64,000 nucleotides of DNA from Candidatus Sumerlaeaceae bacterium. GTDB lineage: Bacteria; Sumerlaeota; Sumerlaeia; Sumerlaeales; Sumerlaeaceae. The notes beneath the pieces were generated by a model. It worked only from the letters and a program-made list of their open reading frames with translations, was not told the origin of the DNA and ran no database searches. Shown in pieces: positions 20,520 to 29,502 of the stretch (positions are counted from its first letter, which is position 1; each line of letters starts with the position of its first letter). Position numbers and translations under genes: made by a program. Location of the stretch: the NCBI GenBank assembly GCA_049968255.1, contig JBMFRB010000008.1:60279-124278 (forward strand), read 5' to 3'.

Positions 20520-21248
20520 ATGAAATGTGATCTCGGCCGTTTGCTGGAATTACAGCGGGTGACGACAGACTTGCGGCGCTACAAAGAGCGCTCAGCACTT
20601 TGCGCGCGCAAAATCCAAGAGATAGAAAAAAACACGGCGCGCCTCAACGAGGAGCTTGCGACTACACAAAGTAAATTGTCATATGTGCAAAAACAACTGC
20701 GTGACGGCGAGATGGAACTGAAGAATTTGGAAGAAAAACAAACCGCACTCAAAAAGCGAAGCGCGGTCGTGAGGACGCCAAAGGAGTGTGAAGCTCTCGA
20801 GCACGAGATCGCGGTCCTGGAACAAAAACGTTCCGCGATAGAAGAACAACTTCTTACACTCATGGAAGAAAACGAAAAACTCGAAAGGTTTGTCGAACAG
20901 AAAAAGAGGGAAATCGACGAGGCGCGTGCGCAGTTCGAAGCAGAGCGCAAGCGAGTAAACGAAACCCACCAGCAGGCTAACGCACTTGTTCACGCCTTAG
21001 CTCAGGATGAAACGCGATTGCTCAGCGAACTCGGCGAAGAAATTGCGGAAATCTACCGGCGCCTCGTGGGAAGGATGGATTTGCCCGCGGTGGTGCCAAT
21101 TGTTCAAGCCACATGCGGGGGCTGCGGAACGCAACTTCCCATTCATTTCGTGCAGGAACTCAAACGGAGTGGCGAAGTGGAGATATGCCCTCATTGCCGC
21201 CGTTTGGTTTACTACGGACAACCGGCGGAACCTAGCGATCGGAATTAG
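20520..21248 (+). CDS. Coiled-coil protein with C4 zinc ribbon (DUF164/CT398-like)
   Basis: Long coiled coil, then CGGC...CPHCRRLVY; typical neighbour of Nif3. Confidence 0.88.
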   Translation: MKCDLGRLLELQRVTTDLRRYKERSALCARKIQEIEKNTARLNEELATTQSKLSYVQKQLRDGEMELKNLEEKQTALKKRSAVVRTPKECEALEHEIAVLEQKRSAIEEQLLTLMEENEKLERFVEQKKREIDEARAQFEAERKRVNETHQQANALVHALAQDETRLLSELGEEIAEIYRRLVGRMDLPAVVPIVQATCGGCGTQLPIHFVQELKRSGEVEICPHCRRLVYYGQPAEPSDRN

Positions 21249-21249
21249 T

Positions 21250-21620
21250 TTGATCCTAAACTCACAATGTTTACACGCTGTGGAAAAGCACTGTGGAAAA
21301 GTGCTGCTGGGCAGCAAAAATTGAGCATGCAGTCGCCCCACCCAGATTTGCTTTCAGAAAATATACAACTCAATTTTCCGCTAAGCAGGTTTTCCACAAA
21401 GAGTGCCCGTCTGGGTATAACTTACTAAGGACATGCTTGAACAGGTACAAATGCTCACACGCGACAGAAGATTCTGGGGAAAACGTCCTCCGGTTTTTCA
21501 CAGGTCTTTAGCATGTAAAAGACTGATAAATCAGTTATAAGAGTAGTTTTTCCACATATCCACCGTCCCTACGACTACGACGATCTCATAAAAAGAGAGT
21601 GGTTTAAAATCGCAGAACAA
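21250..21620. other. Probable chromosomal replication origin (oriC)
   Basis: AT-rich gap between convergent genes. TTTTCCACA boxes at 21279-21287(-), 21292-21300(-), 21390-21398, 21548-21556; TTTTTCACA at 21494-21502; weaker boxes at 21412-21420 and 21475-21483. TTTTCCACA-TATCCACC-GTCC-CTACGACTACGACGA module at 21548-21583. Confidence 0.8.
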
Positions 21621-21739
21621 ACAGGAGGGAAAACGGATGTCTAAAAAAATTGAACAGATTACCTTTTGGCAATGATTGTGCAAATGACGAATAGGAGAAA
21701 ATGGCTTCTGTACCAACTGATGAGAGATTTGGGACAAGT

Positions 21740-21930
21740 TTCACCTGCTACCCAGGTGAAGTCTCCACCCCCTCCCGGAGAACGCCCGGACGCTGGGGCT
21801 CCCTGGCGTCCGGGTCTTCGGTTTAATGGTGACCTCGCCATACAGCCTGGCGGAATGCGTATGGCTCGTTGGGAGGACGCATTCCCTTTCCGTTGTTGGT
21901 CGAATTTGAGGGGGATGTGCTGAGCAGGTA
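21740..21930 (+). ncRNA. Candidate structured non-coding RNA of unknown family
   Basis: Several nested and overlapping complementary segments, with G-U pairs favouring the + strand; no known-family motif recognised. Confidence 0.4.
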
Positions 21931-21968
21931 AGGTCAAGCGCAGGAATGAGAGAAGGTCATCCTGAAAG

Positions 21969-23069
21969 TTAGCCGACGTAAAGAACGTCTTCGGGGACTG
22001 TGACGACGAGGACTTTTTTCCCGTCGACCGTGTACACGTGGGCCCTCAGCGAAACGTCTTCCCCACCACGCACTCGTTCGATGGAAGGCTGAAGTCCGGA
22101 GGCGTTAGCCCACACAGTGACTTGCCACAATGTCTTTCCGTCGGTGATGGTGAGAGTCTGACCGAAACGGAAACGCTCAACACGCACAACTTTCCCTGCA
22201 ACTTCAACAACTGCTCCTTCGGGCGCTGAGATAAAATCGGCGGCGGGAGCCGTCACGGCTCCCGCCTGTGCATTCTGCTGAGTGGTCGCGCTTGGAACTT
22301 CGCTTTTGAGCTCGGGGTTGCTTTTCTGCGTCTGAATGTCGGTAGGAGCGTCGGGCTTGAGCTGCAGATTACCGCGATACTCGCCAAGCGTGCCGCTGAC
22401 CCGAACAACATCTCCCTCATTGGGCTTTTGAGCGTCGCTGAGTTTGTCGGCGAGGTTTTGCCAGAAGACAACGTCGATCGATCCGGTCGCATCCTTGAGC
22501 TTGAGAATGTAAGGGGCGCGCTCGGAGCTGGGACGCCGCGCGCTCGTGACTGTGCCCTGGATCGTGAACTTTTGACCGACTTTATCGTTTGTGAGCTGAG
22601 CAATAGGGGTAACGCCGGAGGGAGCGGCTGTTGCAGAGTCCTTTGCTGGTTTCTGGGCCGGCTGCTGCACGGATGACGCCGCCGTGGACGGAGCGCTCGC
22701 TCCTTCAATCTGAATCTCCGTGGGAGAGTCGACGTGAATTTCAAGCGCGCCGCGGAACTCTGCAACTTTTCCTTTCACACGAACCTTAGCACCGTCGGTA
22801 AGCGCTTGCTTGTTGGCAATCTTTGCAAACACATCAGGCCAGATTGCCACACGGATCGAGCCTGAGGCATCTTCGAGTTTGAATGAGTTGGGGGCACGAT
22901 CGCTGCGAGAAGCCTGAAACCCCTTGACCGTACCCTGAAGTTCCACGACCTGGCCGAGTTTGTCCTGCGTGATGGCAGAAACAGAGAGTGTGGAACTTTG
23001 TGCGCACGCGCCAGACGCGATCAGTAAGCTCATAAAGAGCATCGGAATCGTGAAGCGACGTTTCAACAT
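21969..23069 (-). CDS. Exported protein with three OB-fold nucleic-acid-binding-like repeats
   Basis: Signal peptide; repeats LEDASGSIRVAIW..VRVKGKVAEFRGALEI and LKDATGSIDVVFW..VRVSGTLGEYRGNLQL plus a third degenerate copy; A/P/Q-rich linkers; AGGAGG upstream. Confidence 0.75.
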   Translation of the reverse strand: MLKRRFTIPMLFMSLLIASGACAQSSTLSVSAITQDKLGQVVELQGTVKGFQASRSDRAPNSFKLEDASGSIRVAIWPDVFAKIANKQALTDGAKVRVKGKVAEFRGALEIHVDSPTEIQIEGASAPSTAASSVQQPAQKPAKDSATAAPSGVTPIAQLTNDKVGQKFTIQGTVTSARRPSSERAPYILKLKDATGSIDVVFWQNLADKLSDAQKPNEGDVVRVSGTLGEYRGNLQLKPDAPTDIQTQKSNPELKSEVPSATTQQNAQAGAVTAPAADFISAPEGAVVEVAGKVVRVERFRFGQTLTITDGKTLWQVTVWANASGLQPSIERVRGGEDVSLRAHVYTVDGKKVLVVTVPEDVLYVG

Positions 23070-23259
23070 AAGCGAATCCTCCTGGGAAACAAGGTGGCGT
23101 TTCTTCTAAAACAGAATAACATGAAATTCCCCGGTGCAGGAAATCAAAAAAATTCCGAGAAGAATTTGGGGTTTTCTGGGCAGAAAAGTTTTTTGTCGAT
23201 ATGGAAGATAGGGGGCGCGCAGCTTTTCGGCTGTAGAGGTGCTGCATTTCTGGGGACGT

Positions 23260-24270
23260 CTACTCTAATTGCCAGCGAGAAAGCGTCACGGGTAACATCA
23301 CGGCAAAATCAGCCACAATGGGCAAGTGGTCGGACGCGTTGTCGGTGTCTCCGTCCTGTAAACCAGCACCACTGCGCTGAGTTGCGGTCATTGTCTTCGT
23401 ATTCAGAACAAAGGCATGGACAACCCCTAACACACTATCTGTGATGTAAATGCGATCAATGCGCGAGCTCGGGTTTGTTGTTCCGCTCGGATAGGTGTCC
23501 GTGTCGCCCGTGTAAGGATCTGCAGGAGTGACATCAAGGAGGTCGGTCGCATCCCAATCGCCTTTGATGTCTGGGCCATAGGTCGCGTTGTCGACGATAT
23601 CGCCGGTCCGCAACGTAACTTCCGGTTGCTGGGGATCAGGATCGACGAAATTAAAATCTCCCATCACAAGGGCCGGTGTTGAGGTTGGCAGATCAACGGC
23701 GCCGCCAGGAGTTCTGAGATCACCGAACCATTTGGCAAGGGCGTCACAAGCCTTTTGGCGGCGTGTCGTGTTTGTGCCTCCAGCAAAGGCCTTGAGGTGC
23801 ACACACATGGGATAGATGTCGGTCGGGTAGGTTGCATCAGGGAGATTAACCAGCCCAGCGTTTACACCGCGCACTTCGGATGCGGGAATAGTGTCCGTGA
23901 TGTTCATCGATTGCGGATATCGGCTTGCCAGAACCGTCCGGACGTAACCGTCAGAAAGGCCAAGGTGGACGGTCCAAGTTGAGCTCGTAGGAAGAATGGA
24001 GTTCAGACGGGTCACAAGTTGCGCTGTGGTAATCCCATCCTCAATCTCTTCAAAGGAGATGATGTCCGGCTTGACCGCCTGGAGTATGCGCTGGAACAGC
24101 GCGTCCTTTGTCGAGTCGCTTATGAATTTCCGTGCCGTGTTGTAGGCCATGATGCGAATATCGGAGGGATGCGCTTTGCTGAAGTCACCGGTACTCGGGT
24201 CGTAAGCAACGAGGCGAGTCGTAAGTGTAAGAGCCAAATGGCAAAGAAGAAGAGCTCTTCGAGTAAACAT
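23260..24270 (-). CDS. Exported endonuclease/exonuclease/phosphatase (EEP) family protein
   Basis: Signal peptide; IMAYN, PDIISFEE, VHLKA, MGDFN, RIDRIY, ASDHLP. Confidence 0.9.
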   Translation of the reverse strand: MFTRRALLLCHLALTLTTRLVAYDPSTGDFSKAHPSDIRIMAYNTARKFISDSTKDALFQRILQAVKPDIISFEEIEDGITTAQLVTRLNSILPTSSTWTVHLGLSDGYVRTVLASRYPQSMNITDTIPASEVRGVNAGLVNLPDATYPTDIYPMCVHLKAFAGGTNTTRRQKACDALAKWFGDLRTPGGAVDLPTSTPALVMGDFNFVDPDPQQPEVTLRTGDIVDNATYGPDIKGDWDATDLLDVTPADPYTGDTDTYPSGTTNPSSRIDRIYITDSVLGVVHAFVLNTKTMTATQRSGAGLQDGDTDNASDHLPIVADFAVMLPVTLSRWQLE

Positions 24271-24567
24271 TGGGCGCCAACTCCGGTTACTTGATTCATT
24301 TCTGAGTTTTGAACAAGTTTTCTAAAAGTAGTGTGCGAAAAAATTTCGGGCATAATGGTGACACGGCGGAACAAACAAAAATCTTGGGGGGGACGACTTC
24401 TATCCAAAACCAAAGTTGGATTTTCACCCGTCCGGACAAGTTCGTAAAGCTGCTGCGGTGTTGCACAGCAACGGGACCGAGATCGACATCGCGCTTGACC
24501 CCAAGCTCTGAGCTGTGGACTTCGCGCTTGCATGGAGCAAGCGGCCTGCCGTTGCATGGTGCTCGCC

Positions 24568-26175
24568 ATGCAGCTAGCAAGGGTAAAACTGGTCAATATA
24601 TTTTTATGTGCATTTGATAACTTTTTAGCGACCGCACGGACCTGCTACTCCAGCAAAGGTATTGTAGAACCCGAAGCTGTGAGGCTGCCCGAGCATGGCC
24701 CGCAGGAGGAGAAAGAAAAACTTCTGGCACGCAATCGGGCCTTGGCACGAAGCCTTTACGAGGCTGGGCATCATACGACACTCCAGCATACCCATGTGCA
24801 ATTTGCCTTGGAAGGTGTCTCGCGTCAGTTCATTTGGAGCTTTCTTCACTCGCATCCCTTCTACAATTCCGAGCAAGTCAGCCAACGCTACGTGGCCGCC
24901 GCGCCTGAAAGTTTCTACATACCGGCGAATCTCAGCGAGCCTGCCCAGCGACGTTACCAGGAGGCCTTGCAGCGGCGCATGGAAGATTACGAGGCGCTGT
25001 GCAAGATTCTGGAAGAGCCCGTGGCAGGCGAGTACTATCAGCGTTTTACTGGGAGGCGCGGATCGAAACGCGCTGCCATCGAGATCCGACGCAAGGCCCA
25101 GGAAATTGCGCGCTATGTGCTGCCTGTGGCGGCGCTCGCCTACCTCTACCACACGGTCAGTCTCGTTACATTATTCCGTTATTGGCGGCTGGCCAACGAG
25201 TTCGACACACCAACCGAACAGCGCGACGTTGTGGGGGCCATGATCGAGGCCGTGCTCGAGAGAGAGCCGGAGTTCCGCCACATTCTCGAAGATCCGCTAC
25301 CATTGGAAGAGACGCCCGAGTTCGCGTTTTTTGCGGAGCGCCGCGAATACGCGTTTTTTACCGCGTCGCGTCGCTGGGAAGTTGATGCAGAAAATGCACG
25401 GCAGTTTATCGAAGAATTTGACCGCGAACTAGGGCCCCTGTCGAGCCGCCTCGTGGACTTCGGAAGTCGGAATGAGCAGGTGATCGCCGATGCCGTGCGC
25501 GACGTGCTCGCCATGCCAAGCTCGCAGCTCGACGACGACACCGCTATTGAACTCGTCCTCAATCCGGCACGCAACCCGCTCATGGGCGAGGCGTTGAATT
25601 TGTCCATGCACTCGAAACTCGGACGCGTGCTTTTCCATGCCCGCTATACCTTTCGCAAAAAGCTAAGCCATGTTGCCGATTCGCAGGATCAGCGCCACAG
25701 GCTCACCCCAGGATCGCGTCCGATTCTCATGCGTCACTACACGGGAAGGCCCGATTACTACTTGCCGCCGCTGGTGGCCCAGATTCCGCAGGCACGCGAG
25801 CTATACGAGCGAGCCATGCAAGAGCAGTGGGAGATCATGAATGAGCTTCTCGCGGGAGGAGAAAGCGCAGAGGATGTTTCGTACTTGCTGCCGAATGCGG
25901 TGAACATCCGGTTCACCGAGTCAGCTGACCTCGTCGGCCTGCACCACAAAATGGCGATGCGGTTGTGTTACAACTCCCAGGAGGAGATATGGCGGGCCTG
26001 CCTGGAAGAGGCAGAAGCCATCAGCCGCGTGCATCCACGGATTGGCCGATGGCTTTTGCCACCCTGTACGCTGCGCAAGCAAGCTGGACACGCACCGTAT
26101 TGTCCCGAAGGCGAACGGTTCTGCGGAGTAGCAGTGTGGCGCCTCGACAGGTCGGCCTACAAACGGATGATCTGA
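24568..26175 (+). CDS. thyX: FAD-dependent thymidylate synthase, tandem two-domain form
   Basis: ARTCYS, GHHTTLQH, GVSR, SQRYV, ARYVLP in domain 1; SQDQRHR, YLLPNA, RLCYNSQEEI in domain 2. Confidence 0.85.
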   Translation: MQLARVKLVNIFLCAFDNFLATARTCYSSKGIVEPEAVRLPEHGPQEEKEKLLARNRALARSLYEAGHHTTLQHTHVQFALEGVSRQFIWSFLHSHPFYNSEQVSQRYVAAAPESFYIPANLSEPAQRRYQEALQRRMEDYEALCKILEEPVAGEYYQRFTGRRGSKRAAIEIRRKAQEIARYVLPVAALAYLYHTVSLVTLFRYWRLANEFDTPTEQRDVVGAMIEAVLEREPEFRHILEDPLPLEETPEFAFFAERREYAFFTASRRWEVDAENARQFIEEFDRELGPLSSRLVDFGSRNEQVIADAVRDVLAMPSSQLDDDTAIELVLNPARNPLMGEALNLSMHSKLGRVLFHARYTFRKKLSHVADSQDQRHRLTPGSRPILMRHYTGRPDYYLPPLVAQIPQARELYERAMQEQWEIMNELLAGGESAEDVSYLLPNAVNIRFTESADLVGLHHKMAMRLCYNSQEEIWRACLEEAEAISRVHPRIGRWLLPPCTLRKQAGHAPYCPEGERFCGVAVWRLDRSAYKRMI

Positions 26176-26225
26176 GTTTTGCACTTGCTTGGGACGAAGG
26201 CCGGCAAGCGGGCGAAAGCAAAGCC

Positions 26226-27227
26226 TCAACGTGTGGGAGAGAGGGGATTTGCGCTCGTCGGCGCAGCTGGCTCATCGATCGTTATGGGTTGATCTCCTGC
26301 GAAGACAAAAGTCAAGGAGGTCCACACAGAACGATTTCCCCACTCGGGAGGAAGCGGACCGAGATTTTCAGTTTTTCTCAACGCGTCGAGGGCGCACGCG
26401 TCGAGCCGTGGCACACCAGTCGATTTCACTACGCGAATATTGCGGATCGTGCCGTCGGGCGTGATCTCCCACTCCAGCACGCACGTGAGATTTGGGTCAT
26501 TGACGTCCGGCGGAACCGTGAAGTTCGACTGAATTTTCATGCGAGCACGCGTAGCGTAAAGCATAGATAAGCGTGATTGTGTGTGGTCTAAGGGAAGCGG
26601 CGCTCCCTCCACTCCCTCTGGAACTCCGGGCACGCCAACTTCTTCTTCGGCGGCAGCCTGGCGCGGTGTGGCGCCAGCAGGTAAGCGCCGGGGAAGATCG
26701 AGATTCCGTGTGCCACGGGAAGACTCCGAACTACCGGCACTGGTCAAGCGCGTGCCGGTGGGAGAGGGTCGTGCTGCCTGACGGTTTGATCCGCGTGCTG
26801 TGGCGGCCGGTGCATTTGTGCGGCGTGGCGGAGTGGCCGATGGGCGTGGCGTACGCCGGCTGGCCGGCGGGCTCTGACTTACCGATGGGCGCGGCGAGAC
26901 AATGATTGTGTTCTGAGGCGTGGGAGTAGGGCGCGGCGTGAGTGAGGGAGGCACGATTGAGGGCGTGGCCTCCGGCGTTGCGGGCTGCTGGGACGTTTGC
27001 GCGTGAGACGCCGATGCTGCAGATTCTTGAGCCTGCTTCGAGGCCAGCAGGGCTTCTTTGGCGAGCTCCGGCGTGAGAACGGCATCCATGCTTGTGCCTT
27101 TAGGAAGAATGACAAACCGCATTCTGTCGCCGCGAGGATGAGGCAAGGCATACGTTATGATCATGAGCAGCCCGAGCAGGGTGCCGTGGATCGCGAAAGA
27201 ATACTTCACGTAGCGATGGAGACTCAT
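26226..27227 (-). CDS. TolA/TonB-like energy transducer
   Basis: TM with SxxxH motif (SFAIHG), Pro/Thr-rich linker, C-terminal domain (ITPDGTI...KSTG...LD). Confidence 0.85.
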   Translation of the reverse strand: MSLHRYVKYSFAIHGTLLGLLMIITYALPHPRGDRMRFVILPKGTSMDAVLTPELAKEALLASKQAQESAASASHAQTSQQPATPEATPSIVPPSLTPRPTPTPQNTIIVSPRPSVSQSPPASRRTPRPSATPPRRTNAPAATARGSNRQAARPSPTGTRLTSAGSSESSRGTRNLDLPRRLPAGATPRQAAAEEEVGVPGVPEGVEGAPLPLDHTQSRLSMLYATRARMKIQSNFTVPPDVNDPNLTCVLEWEITPDGTIRNIRVVKSTGVPRLDACALDALRKTENLGPLPPEWGNRSVWTSLTFVFAGDQPITIDEPAAPTSANPLSPTR

Positions 27228-27706
27228 TGGCCACGGGGGGCCGGACCAGTTGTCGCGGCCGTTGGCGAGTTTGGGGGCAAAACGGGCTTGGCTTCGATGG
27301 GAAGCGCGAGCGATTCGATGCCGGCACGGCGGATGGCGCTGACAACTTGAACAAAAATTTCGTAGGGAAGGTCGCGATCGGCCTCGATCTCCACAGCAGG
27401 ATGTCGGCCCTGCTGCTGTTGAAGCCGGAGCCGCGATTCGATCTCTTCAAGGGTGGCAGGCTGGTCGTTAATGTAGTAGGCCACCGAACCGTTTCTTGGC
27501 TTAGGGATTGCAATCGTGAAGAGCTGAGTTTGATTCTGCTCGAGCTGCGGCGCCCCCTCGCGCAACGTCGGTAAATCAAGCTCGATACCATACTTGAGCG
27601 ACGGTGCGACGATGATGAAAGCAATGAGCAAAACAAATGTCACATCGAGCAGGGAAGTGAGATTAATCTGGGCGATGGGAGCCAGATCTCTGCGGTGGCG
27701 ACGCAT
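27224..27706 (-). CDS. TolR/ExbD family protein
   Basis: INLTSLLDVTFVLLIAFII, IEADRDLPY. Confidence 0.92.
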   Translation of the reverse strand: MRRHRRDLAPIAQINLTSLLDVTFVLLIAFIIVAPSLKYGIELDLPTLREGAPQLEQNQTQLFTIAIPKPRNGSVAYYINDQPATLEEIESRLRLQQQQGRHPAVEIEADRDLPYEIFVQVVSAIRRAGIESLALPIEAKPVLPPNSPTAATTGPAPRGQ

Positions 27707-28446
27707 CAGCGCACCTCCGGCGAGACAGAAGAAATGATCTGCTTCATGATGACGTTAGCCAACTGAAGCGCGAAGCTGTCCATTTGGCTTATTAAGATAG
27801 CAATCTTGTTTGTAAAATAGTTATAAAAGACCGAAGCGGGAATCGCCGCGAAAAGCCCTGCAATGGTGGCCGTGAGAGCGGTGGCCATGCCGGGCGCAAG
27901 AGCCGACAGAGCAGCAGATCCGGAACGGCTAAGCGCCTGAAATGCACCAAGCACACCCCACACGGTTCCGAAAAGCCCAATGAAAGGCGCAACGTTCGAG
28001 GTGGTTGCCAAAAAAATGAGATAAGATTCGAGGCGGCGAATCTCTTCGTTGATCGTGCGTTCCAGCACACGCTCGAGGCTCGTGCGCGCCGCAAGCAGTA
28101 GCTGCTCGGGGCCAAGGCGGGAATCTGCGTACCAATTCTCCAGCTGCATTTCGAGATAAGCATCGCGAAATATCTGAGCCAGGGGGCTCTCCGGGTAGCG
28201 CTTGGCCAGTTTAAAGGCTTGGTCGAGGCTACCCGTAGTAAGACACTTCTTCATGAATGCTTCGGATTGGCGGCTGGCAGCCGAGAGGCTTACGAACTTA
28301 TAAAGGATGATTGTCCAGGACATGATCGAAAGAAGGAGGCAGGCCATGAGGCAAATGATGCCCATGAAATCGCTGTCAGAAATCGCTTGGAACACATTAA
28401 CATGATTAAAAGCGATTCCGCCCAGTGTGATCGGAAACTGAATCAT
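27706..28446 (-). CDS. TolQ/ExbB/MotA proton channel protein
   Basis: APFIGLFGTVWG, LAPGMATAL..T..GLFAAIPA..YN. Confidence 0.93.
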   Translation of the reverse strand: MIQFPITLGGIAFNHVNVFQAISDSDFMGIICLMACLLLSIMSWTIILYKFVSLSAASRQSEAFMKKCLTTGSLDQAFKLAKRYPESPLAQIFRDAYLEMQLENWYADSRLGPEQLLLAARTSLERVLERTINEEIRRLESYLIFLATTSNVAPFIGLFGTVWGVLGAFQALSRSGSAALSALAPGMATALTATIAGLFAAIPASVFYNYFTNKIAILISQMDSFALQLANVIMKQIISSVSPEVR

Positions 28447-28572
28447 TCGAGCGACCTTCTTTCCCGCGCAGGGGCGTCTGTTGCTGTGTGCCAAATGTGC
28501 ATTGTTGCCAGAGCTAAATTTCCAAGTTCTGCCGGCGAGGTGGCATCTCCTCGGGAGTTGGGCAACTGCTGC

Positions 28573-29502
28573 TCATTCTTCCTGAATTCCCATGGCTTCC
28601 TTGATGCGATCCAGTTCATCGAGAGAGGTAAAATAGATTTCGACCTTTCCTGAATTGGTTCCCGACATCGAGATTTGCACTCTGCAGCCAAGGATTTCCT
28701 CAAATCGGTTTCGAAGCTCCGCCAATGCGGGTGCGTCAGTGGCAGCTGACCGACTTGTTCGAGCTTTAGGACGTGAGGAACGCGAGAGATGGTGTTGGAT
28801 TTTGTTTTCGAGCTGACGAACGGAAAGTCCGCGACGGAGCGCGACTTTGCACCAGTGGCGTTGCTCCTCCGCTGTGGGAAGAGTAAGTAAAGCACGAGCG
28901 TGGCCTGCGGACAGGCGACCGGCTTCGACGTGGGCCTGGATGTCTTCAGGGAGATTGAGAAGGCGCAGGGCGTTGGCGACGGCGGGACGGCTTTTGTCCA
29001 CGCGGGCAGCCACCTGTTCCTGCGTCAAGCCAAAATTCACCATGAGGGTGTTATAGGCGCGCGCCTCTTCGATCGGGTTGAGGTCCTCGCGCTGAAGGTT
29101 CTCTATGAGAGCATACTCGAGAGATTCGCGTTCGGAGACCTCTCGAACGATGGCAGGAATAGTTTCGAGACCTGCTCGCTGGGCAGCGCGCCAACGGCGC
29201 TCCCCGGCGATGAGGACATACCGGACACCTCGTTGGCTCACCAGGATTGGCTGGAGCACCCCATGGGAACGGATGGAGGCGGCAAGCTCTTCAAGCGCTT
29301 CTTCGGAAAAATGCAGTCGCGGCTGTTGCGGGTTAGGCTGAATCGCGGTGATAGGGATTTCTTGCACGAGCTCGCCGAGGGGAGAACTCTCCTCGTGGGG
29401 TGCAGTGGCCGCGGCGACGATGTGTTCGGTCGCCGCGTTAGCTCCCCTGTTGGGGAGGAGTGCGCCGAGACCTTTACCGAGTACGCGTTTTTTCGATTGC
29501 AT
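28573..29502 (-). CDS. parB: Chromosome partitioning protein ParB/Spo0J
   Basis: LGKGLGAL, PNPQQPR, GVLQPILV, AGERRWRA, LIENLQREDLNPIEEA, HTH. Confidence 0.96.
   Translation of the reverse strand: MQSKKRVLGKGLGALLPNRGANAATEHIVAAATAPHEESSPLGELVQEIPITAIQPNPQQPRLHFSEEALEELAASIRSHGVLQPILVSQRGVRYVLIAGERRWRAAQRAGLETIPAIVREVSERESLEYALIENLQREDLNPIEEARAYNTLMVNFGLTQEQVAARVDKSRPAVANALRLLNLPEDIQAHVEAGRLSAGHARALLTLPTAEEQRHWCKVALRRGLSVRQLENKIQHHLSRSSRPKARTSRSAATDAPALAELRNRFEEILGCRVQISMSGTNSGKVEIYFTSLDELDRIKEAMGIQEE

Noticed and set aside
21717-21745. CTGATGAG hammerhead-ribozyme core followed by a weak stem
   Set aside because: No GAAA follows the putative stem II, and I found no stem I/III with an NUH cleavage site.
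21765-21820. Minus-strand resemblance to group II intron domain V/VI (GACCCGGACGC...CGTCCGG...GGAGGGGG)
   Set aside because: It lacks the AGC/CGC triad, the GNRA loop and the 2-nt bulge; no RT gene or other intron domains are present; G-U pairing favours the other strand.
21659-21937. ORFs 21666-21923(+) and 21659-21937(-)
   Set aside because: Pro/Arg/Gly-rich with no recognisable motif; better explained as read-through of GC-rich hairpins.
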